Assembly: GCA_030390025.1 (NCBI GenBank)
Contig: CM059431.1
Span: 129,458,001-129,522,000 of the forward strand
Source: Squalus acanthias
Taxonomy: Eukaryota
Direction of reading: 5' to 3'
Length of the DNA stretch: 64,000 nucleotides
The notes below the pieces were generated by a model. The model was given only the letters and a program-made list of their open reading frames with translations, did no database searches and was not told where the DNA came from. The position numbers and the translations under genes were made by a program. Positions 26,930-37,517 of this stretch are shown one piece after another (the stretch's first letter is position 1; each line of letters opens with the position of its first letter).

Positions 26930-27270
26930 TGTCAGTCTCAGCAATTCCCTTTAAATGTTCCAGGCCACGCTGTTCTACAACAGATTTTTCAGTTAGCATT
27001 AAAACTTTTGAGTTATTGTGGCCCTGTTTGACAGCTGAAGGACACTTTTGGGTTTTTCTCACATTAGAGAACCATTTCCTGACCTGGTATGTTTGATGGA
27101 TAGTGGATACAGCATTAATTCTTTTGGTGATGTCCTCCTATAGTTGTTTTCTGGCATTTGTATGGTGTGGGGATTTGAGCCTGAACTGAATATCGCTCCC
27201 TTCCTGGCTGGTGTTTCTGTTACAATGATTGACATGTCCATTTTTGGATGTTTTTTGAACCTTATCCCTG
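26930..27270 (-). pseudogene. Ancient Myb/SANT-like (Harbinger accessory-type) coding fossil
   Basis: Remnants SIIVTETPARKGAIF, L*EDITKRINAVS..YQVRKWFSNVRK and LTEKSVVEQRGLEHLKGI parallel the Myb genes at 47664 and 58678. Confidence 0.55.
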
Positions 27271-27341
27271 AAGTTTTTTTTCAGCAGGTATTAATTGGTG
27301 ACCATTTCTTTACTTACAAGAGTCAAGGGTCAAGAGTCTAA

Positions 27342-28195
27342 GGAGGCACGATTATCGGCCGTGCGCAAAGTTTAGCGTCTGGCGCTAATTATCGCCTCCG
27401 ACTGCAAACTTGGCTTTTATCGCCCCTGGAGGTGATTGGAGCGCTAAATCAGGCGCTACACACCTGTCTTAAGGCGCAAAGGCCGAGGAGCGAGGCGCTA
27501 CCTCAGAGCGCTGGTGAAGCTCATGTGATGTCAGTCAGCAATGGAACACAGACACACTGGCGCCGGCCAGTTCTTAAAGGGGCGGGTCGATCTTGCTCTC
27601 CATCCACACCCTACTCATTGCAGCCTTGAATCTCGGTCTGGAGAGACCTGTACATCAATTCTGATGGAAAGAACAATGGAGAGACCCAGGGAAAGAGCTC
27701 AGACTGCAGCCCCCATATTCTCTTCTAAATCGATGCAAGGAAGATCAAACCAGAAAGAACCTGCAAAGTGCTGCTCAGTACCCAAAACTCCTCAACACAG
27801 CTTTGAATATCTCCTGCAGTCTCTCTCTCTCACTCAGAATGCGTGGTGCAAAAAGTTCACCGACAAAAAAAGGCAGGAAGCGGTCGCCTTTAAATAGCGC
27901 TCCCCCAGTCCCTTCCAGACTGCAAAACGCTCCCCGCAACCTGTCGTTGCTAACGGCAGGCGGTAAGACAGGGGGCGCCACTCAATATCCGGTCCGGGGC
28001 GCTACCGGGGTGTTGCACTCTTGACTGACATCACGATCAGCCGGCGCAGGAAATCGTGGCGGTACTGTTTAGCGCCGCCGCAAAATATCTAGTTAATTTC
28101 GTGAGTGGCGCAAACATCGCCGCGCATGGGCGCTAGTTGCTTTGCGCCCTCTTAAGGCGCTAAAGGGAGGTGCAAACCAACTGAATTTTTCCCCC
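27342..28195 (-). mobile_element. Family A Harbinger internal-deletion derivative, copy 3 (one TIR collapsed)
   Basis: Inverted relative to copies 1-2 with the same junction (27702/27703). TSD TAA. Right TIR intact, left TIR reduced to GGAGG. Confidence 0.92.
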
Positions 28196-28538
28196 TAATT
28201 CCCTGCTTCTTAAGCACTAAACTGTGATAGACTTGCACTCTGCTATGATTAGTTCACTAACCTACATGGACAGGAAATTACAGCACTGGCGTAGCTAGAA
28301 ATTTGAACTTTGTACACTTGACCATTACTCCCTCCTCTCCAGCTGTGTATCCCTGGGACTTAAAAAGAGAAATCAACCTTGTAAACATGACTATATCTTT
28401 GATAAAAATGACAATGTATAAATGACATTCAAAATCCATCTCTGCTACTGTGAAGACAGTTCTGAAATAAATTTTGCACAACTGCATACAGCACATATGC
28501 TTTACTGTGCTCCTGTTGTCTCAAGCCAGTGATTCACA

Positions 28539-28868
28539 GCAACACGGTGGCATAGTGGTTAGCACGGTTGCCTCACAGCGCCAGGGACCCGGATTCGAAT
28601 CCAGCCTCGGTGTGACTGTCTGTGTGGAGTTCGCACATTCTCCCCGTGTCTGCGTGGGTTTCCTCGGGTGCTCCGGTTTCCTCCCACAGTCCAAAGATGT
28701 GTGGGTTAGGTTGATTTGGCTATGATAAATTGACCCTTAGTGTTAGGGGGGATTAAATACGTGGGGTTACGGGGATAGGGTGGGATATGTTAGGGGGGAT
28801 TAAAGATGTGGGGTTACGGGGATAGGGTGGGATATCTGTACTGTGGGGATTCTGTGATTCTGTGATTC
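28539..28868 (+). mobile_element. V-SINE (HE1-type elasmobranch SINE)
   Basis: tRNA head, V-domain GTGGAGTTCGCACATTCTCCCCGTGTCTGCGTGGGTTTCC..CCGGTTTCCTCCCAC, (GATTCTGT)n tail, and GTGATTCACA at both flanks. Confidence 0.88.
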
Positions 28869-29134
28869 ACAAACAGTTTGTCTTGCATGAATAATTCCTC
28901 TGTTAAAGCTTGAATAACCAACAGCCAGAAACTTGACTGTCTAGTTGTGTCAGCAAACTAGAAAAACAGTCTTGAAAATTTTCAGTGCAAAGAGCTGCCC
29001 TTGAGATGGTGCAGACTGTGAGCAACAAAGATGATTCAGAGAATCAGATTTTAAGTTATGAGGACTGGTTGAGCAGGTGGACATTTTTTGTAAAAGAAGA
29101 GAATGGAAGTGATCAAATTGAGGTCAGTTGACGT

Positions 29135-29256
29135 TGCAGGTCTAAGATCCTTGCTCAGGACTTCTGCTTCTTCATAGATGCTGCCTGACCTGCTGACTAT
29201 TTCCAGCTTTTTCTGTTTTTTTCAGATTTGATCATCTGCAGTATTTTGCTTTTTGT
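29135..29256 (+). mobile_element. Penelope-like terminal fragment inside an old CR1 remnant (~28990-29400)
   Basis: Matches 54360-54455 (GATGCTGCCTGACCTGCTGA..TTCCAGC..GCAGTATTTTGC). Confidence 0.7.
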
Positions 29257-29474
29257 TCAAAAATTAGGACATTGGAAAAGGGGAAGTCAGGTGCAACATT
29301 TTCACCTAAAGATCAATAGATTACAAGGGAAGGCCATTTAAGCATACAGTATAAATGGGTTCAAGAAACATTTGGATGCACTTCTGGAGATAGAATTACA
29401 TAGGAAATACAGAAACAAACTTTTTGGCCAAAAACACTCTGTGCTGGTGTTTATCCTCCACACAAGCAGTACCC

Positions 29475-30797
29475 CTAATCCCATATGCACGCTCTGTTCC
29501 CATATCTCTTTAATCCCCCGTCTTCAACCATCAGCCAGTTGCAGAGCGAATAGCCCTTGTCTCCGAGTAGCCATCCTTGGGTTTGACATGATGGCTGGAA
29601 GATTGCTGGCACACTGGAGTGGCATAGGATGAAGGCATCATGACTGTTGCCAGAATAGCGGGCATTCACCATCATGATGCGCTGGATGTGGTCGCACAGC
29701 AACTGCATATTAAGTGATTGTTAGCCTTTGCATTTACGGAACATCTCAGGATTGGTATACGGTGCCCGCAAAGCCACATGTGCATCGATGGCGCCTGCAC
29801 CACGGGGAAGCCCGATATCTCTGCAAAGCCACATTTGCGCTTGTCCTGTCAATTCATAGAGAAGACCATGAAGTCCCTTCTCCTGGAGTAGAGAGCCTCT
29901 GTGACTTCCCGGATGCAGTGATGGACAGCGAACTGGGAGATGTTAGTTATGTCTCCTGCTCCAGACTGGAAGGATCCGCTGGTGAAGAAATTGAGGGCCA
30001 CGGTGACCTTGAGGGCACTGGGAGAGCCATAGTCACCCTGCTCTGAGGCTGCAGATCTGGTTGCAGAGATGGCAGAGTTCTATGACCAACTCCTTGGTGA
30101 AGCGGAGCCTCCTAATACACTGCTCCTTGCTTAAGTGGAGGTAAGAGAAGTGCTCTTGGAAGACCCTAAGTGGGTAAGGCATCCTGGCCATGCTCCTCCT
30201 CCCTCTGCGAGCATCTTCTCCGCTTCTTCACTGCCTCTGCTCCCTCTCCTGAAGATACTCGATTGTGAGGGGGACTGCAAGTAGAACCCCCATGATTGTG
30301 AGCAAATGGTGTGAGCAGAAGCCTTTAAATGAGAATCAAGGTGTTCTCCACTTGCAGCAACACTCTCTGTCACCTCAGCAACTTTAAACAAGTTTAGAAA
30401 GCTGCTGGAGTTGCAAAAACTTAGATAGAGTCAGTAAAACTGAGAAACCATGTCAGCTGCAGGTTGTTGTTGATGATCCCTTGAAATAGCACTGCTGGGG
30501 GCTCCTTCCTCCTGCTGATCGCTTGGTCAGTTGGTCGTGATTAAGAGAGAGTGGTAAGTGGAGCGTCGACGTCGAAAATGGCAGATCGTGCGTCAAATCA
30601 GCATTGCACGCTCATTGACATCACGATCTGCCTCATTTTCATTTCTCTAGCGAGCGTTGGCAACGGCAGCGCTCCCGACCTGCCCAAAATGGCGGCCATC
30701 GCAGGACCCACCGGAAGCAGGCGAAAACAAGTCAGCTGCCATTTTTTCATCAAAATGAGCCTTAATGGCCGACGCTAAACCCCCGAATTTCTTGGTC
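29475..30797 (-). mobile_element. Diverged Harbinger half-element with transposase remnant
   Basis: Motifs KVTVALNFFTSGSFQ, NARYSGNSHDAFIL and GWLLGDKGY. CpG-rich terminus ending GAATTTCTTGGTC. Confidence 0.85.
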
Positions 30798-32156
30798 AAA
30801 GAGAGTTTGACCTTTCATCTGGGCCAGTGATTTACAGTAAATCAATAGGTCAAATTTATTTTTATTAAAATGTATTCTGGGATTTTTACTGGTACTTCGA
30901 AGATTGAATTTCACAACTCGATCCATTATTCTGCGAAAATTGTAAATGAATGGCCTTTATATTTTAATTACAATCCTTTTAGTATTGTCTGAAAAATTGG
31001 TACTTATTTTCTAACCCTTACCATTTTAAGGCTGAGAATACACAGCAAGATAGTATGCAAGATGCACCACTTGGAGGCACATATCTGCACCAGAAATTTA
31101 TGCGGGGTTTCTGTGTTGGGAGATCAGCAAAATACTTGAAGAAATGCCGTAAATGGCTAAAAACAGCACTTTCTACCATTTCTCTGGGGTTTCCACTGAT
31201 CTCCCACCAAAATTATGGCAGGAGATAGGGAGAACTGCATGAAAGTTGTGGGGTCAATATTCAGCAATAATGCGAAGGTGGAATGGGGTTCAGCTGCATT
31301 TGGGGGCAATCCTTTACTTTGTAATAATGGGGGTAGTCCTGGTTTTTGGTTGCACTGGGGAATGGTCCTTGTGTCTCGCAGAGATGGGGTAGTGATCCTA
31401 GAGTTTGACTACTGCAATGAGGTGCTGTAATTTGGCAACATGCAGGGGGGTCCTTTAATCTATCATCACTGTGAAGCGAGAACCTGGAGTCTGGCAGAAA
31501 TGTGGAAGGCAGAGCTGGGAGCTGAATGTGAGGGATTGGCTCGCTAGTGGATTCCTGGCATCTATCAGCTGTGAGGGAAAGGGAAGGGCATGGGCGCTGC
31601 AGCACTGGTTGGGGGGAATCCTATGTGGTAGCACTAGTTTATGTCCTAATAAAGGTTCTCTGTAAACATTTAATTTGGTCTTTTATCTGTCTCTGTCTGG
31701 CCGTCCCTTTACCCCACTCCCCCTCACACACACTGCTGTAAAAAAATGTCAACCTCCTAATTACTAGCTGTCAACAAAACATTGACAGTAATTAGAACTT
31801 TCAAAATTCAACTTCTTAGTTTTTATTTGAAAAAAAACACATTAAATGAGGAAAATGCTTGTTTTGCAGGCTTAAACGGATACCTAAGCATCCAACATGG
31901 TGGGCAGCATGCATGCACGCATCCCAGCGCGCCACCTATTTCAGACCTGAACACAGGCCAAAACAAATTTCCACCCTCTGTGTGCTTTTTACTCTATCTC
32001 TGGATTTCAATATGTCTTGCAGTTGTTAGCAATTAAAATGTTTACTTTTTCAAATTGTCAACATAACAGGCAATAATCAGATAATTAGAGGCTGCTTCAA
32101 TACTCAATTAATTTCATTTTGAAAAGGAACTAATGTACAATAAGGAAAGACACTGT

Positions 32157-32650
32157 GGGGTGGATTTTCAAAGGCTACGCTGGGTGGAAACGGGGCAGTA
32201 GCATCCTGAAAATTGTAGGGAATAAGTTACGACCACATTCCTGCTGCTGAGCCATTTTATTCATGTCAATAGAACCCCGATGCCATTTTGACTGATCATG
32301 ATGGAAGTAGACAAGGGTTATGGGGAGCGGGCAGGGAAGTGGAGTTGAGACCAAGATCAGATCAGCCATGATCTTATTGAATGGCGGAGCAGGCTCGAGG
32401 GGCCAAATGACCTACTCCTGCTCCTATGTCTTATGTTCTTATGTTAGCACTGAGTGCCAGACCCACCTATTAATACTTTGCGATACAGGCTGCAATTGAG
32501 AGGACCAGTTAAAGGGGCACTCACCTGCAATCTGTCACATATCAGGAATCTACCTGAAAGTGGTTTGGTTGCATTCTTTGGAGCTTTTGCAGGGTCTTTT
32601 GAAGAGATTTTTTACTAATTTATTCCAGAATCCCTTCAATCAGGAGGCCC
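32157..32650. mobile_element. Harbinger-type terminal fragment with a nested CR1 tail (32312-32445)
   Basis: Starts GGGGTGGATTTTC, like 61837. The insert has a CR1 3' stem and (TTCTTATG)n. Right boundary uncertain. Confidence 0.55.
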
Positions 32651-33681
32651 TGGGAAATTTCAGTAAATATATAAATAGTATTATACAAACTTTATTTATA
32701 TATTACACCTTGCCACGTCATAAGCAGCATCGAGAAATTTGGAATGAGATTGCAATCAGTTGCTGTTTGATTATGATTATCACCACAAGGACTGTAACTG
32801 TGGTTCAAGAAAAAGGCCCACTGCCAACTTTTCAGGTAACTCGGGGTGGGCATTAAATGTGGCCTTGCTCGTGTTGCCCAAAATCAGATACAAATAAATC
32901 TCATGTTACTGTGAATGATACAAAAACATTATTTGCATTGCAAACTGTAATGCACATTTTTGGATTTGGATATAATAAACCACAAGAGTAAAAATCAATT
33001 GCTTATCTGTCACATATCAGGAATCTACCTGAAAGTGGTTTGGTTGCATTCTTTGGAGCTTGACAGATTGCAGGTTTATATCATCTGAACACCAAGACCA
33101 CGTAACCCCACTCCCCTCAGAAAAAAAACTCACTCTAATGACACTGATTTTTGAATTCATTTAATGCACATTTGTATTGATATTAAGGATATAGCCAAAG
33201 AGAGAAATCATCATACTACAAATTATCACAGCATTAATTAGTGGACATGAAATTTACAAAATGCAATCAAGAAAAGTCAGAAAATAAAGACCATACCTAG
33301 AGAGAGAACAGTTATTTACATACAGCTCTCTTCTGAAGAACCTTTCAATCTTATACTTACATTCTGGATTATGGAACAGTGAAAAAGTCAAATATTGCTC
33401 CCTCCAGACCAATATACTCCAGCCTTAACTGTTGTATGTAGTATTATGTTATTTTTTTTTGTATATACTGGTAGTTACAGCACTGTAGCAGCCAATGAGA
33501 CTGTGGAGACCTCTACAGTCTGTAGTTCCCCATCATGATACTCTTCAGAAGAATGCCAGTGCTTGTTACATTGCATGGCAAGCTGTGGAGTAGAATAAAA
33601 GGACCTCATGCTGGAGGGGGAAAAAAATCTAAAGATATATTTTAAACACGTTACTAGAAAATCACCGTCAGTTTATATATT

Positions 33682-34424
33682 GGCCCAGAAATTGATCTCG
33701 CTCTGTTCCCGCGGGGGTAAGGAGCAGGCGCGATCTCTCACTCCGCGTTGGCTTTTTCAGATCCAGCTCGCACGAACTTGATGTTCTAGACATCAGCTGG
33801 GCAGTGCTTGCGTATCCCACCGGCGTAGTGAATTCGTGCGAGCTGTGGGATCACGTGACTCAGTTAGAGCCAATGGCAGCACACCATCTTCCATTCATAA
33901 GTTTCATATACGTGCTGTGAAAGCTATGAATCTTACACACCCCCAAAATAACAGCTAAACCTCAATTAAATTTTTTTAAAAACCATCACATTAATAAAAT
34001 AAGTATAGTTAAATAAATTAACCATTTTAAATAAAAAATTAAATTTTTGAAAAAATTTAAAATCTTTTAAAAAGTTATAAAAATAAACTTACCTGTCTTT
34101 AAAGTCTCTAAAAAAGATATACCTGTTAAAAAAAATTCAAAATAATACTTAATTCACTACTTACCTTGTTAAAAGTGGGTCTTACTCCTCCTTTTCTCAT
34201 TTCTAAAATCTTCCGTCCTTACCTGCGCGTCCAAAGCACTAAGTGCACAGCGTGCGCGCAGCCTGTAGCGCGCACGCGGTGCACCGAGGAACCGTCCCCT
34301 TTTCCAAAGACCAAGTGCCGGTTTTCAGAGCATGCGCAGTGCATGCAGAAAACCGGCAATTGGAGAGAGAATACGCGAGAGTACGCAATGCGTACTCTCG
34401 CGTAGCGGCATCAATTTTTGGCCC
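33682..34424. mobile_element. Harbinger-type MITE
   Basis: TIRs GGCCCAGAAATTGAT / ATCAATTTTTGGCCC, TSD ATT, AT-rich core and CpG-rich palindromic arms. Confidence 0.85.
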
Positions 34425-34719
34425 ATTATGAAAATCCTATATATTTTATTTTTGAAATACCTATAAGCTATTCCCAATAATGAAGAAAATTATTGAGTGA
34501 ATTTATAAAATGTGCTCTTTAAACAGGCATCTCAACAATGCAATTCACAGAAAGATGTTACAGGAAAGTTTTATTGATAAAGAAAAAGCAAAATGAAATA
34601 CGCTATTTTAAAAAATGCGCTTTTTTTTAATCCATTCTTAGCCGTCATTTTGTAAAGGTATTTTCTTTATTCTTTCTCTGAGCAGGAAGTGCCAAGAGAA
34701 AGAGAAAGAGGATGAAGGG

Positions 34720-34747
34720 AGCACCATCTACTGGGAGAGTAGTGCAA
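34720..34747 (-). promoter_or_regulatory. Candidate CTCF binding site with upstream motif
   Basis: The minus strand reads TTGCACTACTCTCCCAGTAGATGGTGCT in non-repeat sequence. An ETS-like CAGGAAGT lies at 34683-34690. Motif match only. Confidence 0.5.
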
Positions 34748-34949
34748 CTTCTTTTATACCAGTAATTATGAAAGAAATTGTGCAAAGGATTAAAGCTTAA
34801 TATTTAAATTATCCACTTCAGTTAAGGAGCAGTGTCAACTTATATAAAGTACCCTTGCAACACATTTTACTAAGCTTATGAATGGAAGACTGCAAATCAT
34901 GCCATTATCAACATAATGATCCCATCGACCAGGGGTGTCAAAGCTTTTT

Positions 34950-36734
34950 GGGCGAGAAATTCATGTACTTACCAGCACTCTGTAGCACCAGCAAATGGTG
35001 AAAAATTGGCGGCTGCCGCTCTTTCGCCATCTGGTGTTGGGTCCTGTGGCAGCTGTCATTTTCCTCCCTCCCGACACCGACTTAACGTCACCACTCCGAA
35101 CTTTGACCCTAGTGCTGAATTCAACGCTGGGTGCTAAGCATGCCAGGTAAACAAAGTCAGCACCTCTTAAAAGGGACACACACATCATTCAGGTAAGTTT
35201 GGATTTAAGCTTTTGGACTGGAATTTTTTGATTTTATTGAATCAGTGGCTTGCTGTAATAGATGTTAAAAGTTTTTTAAGTGTGTAGGGAGTGCTTCTGG
35301 ACACTTGCAAGGCCTCAGATGGTAAAGGATGGCCTCTGAGAAGACAGAAAATGCTGCAAATACTCAGTAGGTCAGGCAACATCCGTGGAGAGAGAACCAG
35401 AGATGCTGTCTGACCTGCTGAGTATTTCCAGCATTTTATGCTGTAATTTACAACATCCGCTTGCAGAGGGAAGAGGAAGACACAGAAGAGGAAGAAGCCG
35501 AAGAGGAGGAAGCAGAAGGAAGGATGCAAACCAGACAGCCGCTTTCTGGCTGGGATATCCTGGATAGAATCATCCACCTGCGGTACCAGTAACCACAACC
35601 CAAATCCCCTTTCCACATTTGTCCCACACCTTACCTTCTCTCTGTTACTAACCATCACAGCATCCTCTTGGCCACAATGCTGAAATAAAAGTCGCCTTCT
35701 TCTTCTTCTTCTTCTTCTTCTTCGTCTCTCTCCTCTCCCTCTTCTTGGTCACCCACTGGCTGGGCAGGCTGCATTTCTTGGGTTTGTGAAATGAGGAAGG
35801 CACAAGGGTGGAGTTGTGGTGACAGGAGGGTGGGAAAGCAAGAGGTGCGTGCCAGAAGGAGGATAATGTACGAGAATACCAGCATCTTTTATCCTTTCAG
35901 CCCCGCCGCTGACCAAGGGTTCAGCCATGCCCCTGCTAAGAATGGCCTGCACCGTCTCCTCCAAGGGGGTGAGGTGAAGATAGGAATGGGAGATGTGCCG
36001 CGTGATTGGTGCAGATTATTGGTCGGTGAGTGATTGGGGGTGAGAGTCATGCATTGAGCAGTATGTGAGGCTAATGGTGCATTTGGTGGGAGACAGCTTT
36101 TGAAGATGCATTCACTGACCTTGACCAGTGGTCTGAAGTCGTGAAGCTTCTTTGGGCACTGGAGCCAGGTTGTGGGGGTGACACTGCTGGCAGTGACAGC
36201 CTCAGTGATGTACTCGCACATCCTTCTTTGTGGAGGGCCTCCTGGTCCCTGTGGGTAGAGGGCCTGTCTTGTAGTGTTGACCCTCTGCACAAAGCTGGAG
36301 TGCTGTGTGTTAGACACTGGGTGCCCTTTCCCTGGCTTACTGAGCCATTTGTGTTAGTGCTGAAGCAGTTTTCCAATTTTTTGAGGTTCAGAAGGGAATT
36401 CAGCTTTAAGAGCTGAATAATCACATTTGGGACTTCTTTTTAATGTTAATTTTTTTTGAAAGGCAATTAGGGCAGAAAACTGCATTTTTTCACTGCATTT
36501 TAATTTGTATTAGTTCTGAGTGCATTGCCCTTTTAATTCATAGCCCTTTTAAATGTCCACAATTCCTTGCGAGCTCCACAGCCTCGTTCCCAGAGGCTGT
36601 GCGAAGCTCGAACGCCACATCAGGACGGGAACTTCGGCTCGCGGGTCTCCACTAACATCAGCAGGAGGATGTGGCATGGAAGGTTAGCGCTGCGCCACCA
36701 ATCTCCAACCCCAATCAGACGAATTTATTTTCTT
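34950..36734 (-). mobile_element. Diverged Harbinger deletion element (family D) with Myb/SANT exon remnants
   Basis: Left end GGGCGAGAAATTC. ORF 35889-36317 reads ..ALYPQG..TWLQCPKKLHDFRPLVK, with exon 2 remnant MEETVQAILSRGMAEP and an acidic exon 3 start. Right end approximate. Confidence 0.75.
35342..35459. repeat. Penelope-derived hairpin insert
   Basis: Inverted arms AAAATGCTGCAAATACTCAGTAGGTCAGGCAACATC / GATGCTGTCTGACCTGCTGAGTATTTCCAGCATTTT, homologous to 54377-54415. Confidence 0.7.
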
Positions 36735-37517
36735 TAGCATTGCGGCCATTAACTCCATTTGCCGGTGACACAGGCAACTTTCATGGCAAACATGAACTTC
36801 TAGGCCTTTGTCTTCATGGCAGCTTAGATGTATTATCTGTAACCTCATGTGCCACATATAGAATTTAAAATCAACGTTCAAATAACTTTCATATATCTGA
36901 AACTGCGAATACGAGCAAATCTTCAAGTTCTGATTTAGGATTTATTAGCCAATGAAACAACTTTAAGAACAGGGCTTGGAAAAGCTCCACGTCCACAAAT
37001 TCAAACTGGACAACCCAGCAAGAAAAATTATAAATGCAAATAGAACTGAATTAATGGCCTTCATGGGATAGGCTAGCAGGGCTTGCTAGTTTGGATACCT
37101 CCCGCACGGAATCACCAATTTCTTCTCGCAGCATAATTAGCTTTAACTGCATTTGAAAACCAAAACTCGGACAAATATACAAAATATGTGTTGTGTTTAT
37201 GCTGAAGCACATACAAGGTCTGCAGCAGGCAACATCAAGGTATCAGCAGCGGAATTGTCAGAATAGGCTATTTAATTGTTCCAAAAACTAAGCCAAACCA
37301 AAATTTATGATGCAGTGGCACTGCTTTATTAGAGCAATCCGGCTTACATAGAAAATCTAAGTTATGGTGTTGTGCGTTCTTTTGATCAAACCCAGCCACA
37401 AAACAAAAAAGTGTTTTAATAACGAAAATATTGCACTCCCCATGTTTTCTGCTCCTTACATGTTTACTCCTAATTTTGTGCTTCCTGAAAGAAGCATCCT
37501 TTCTATCTTCTGTGAAC

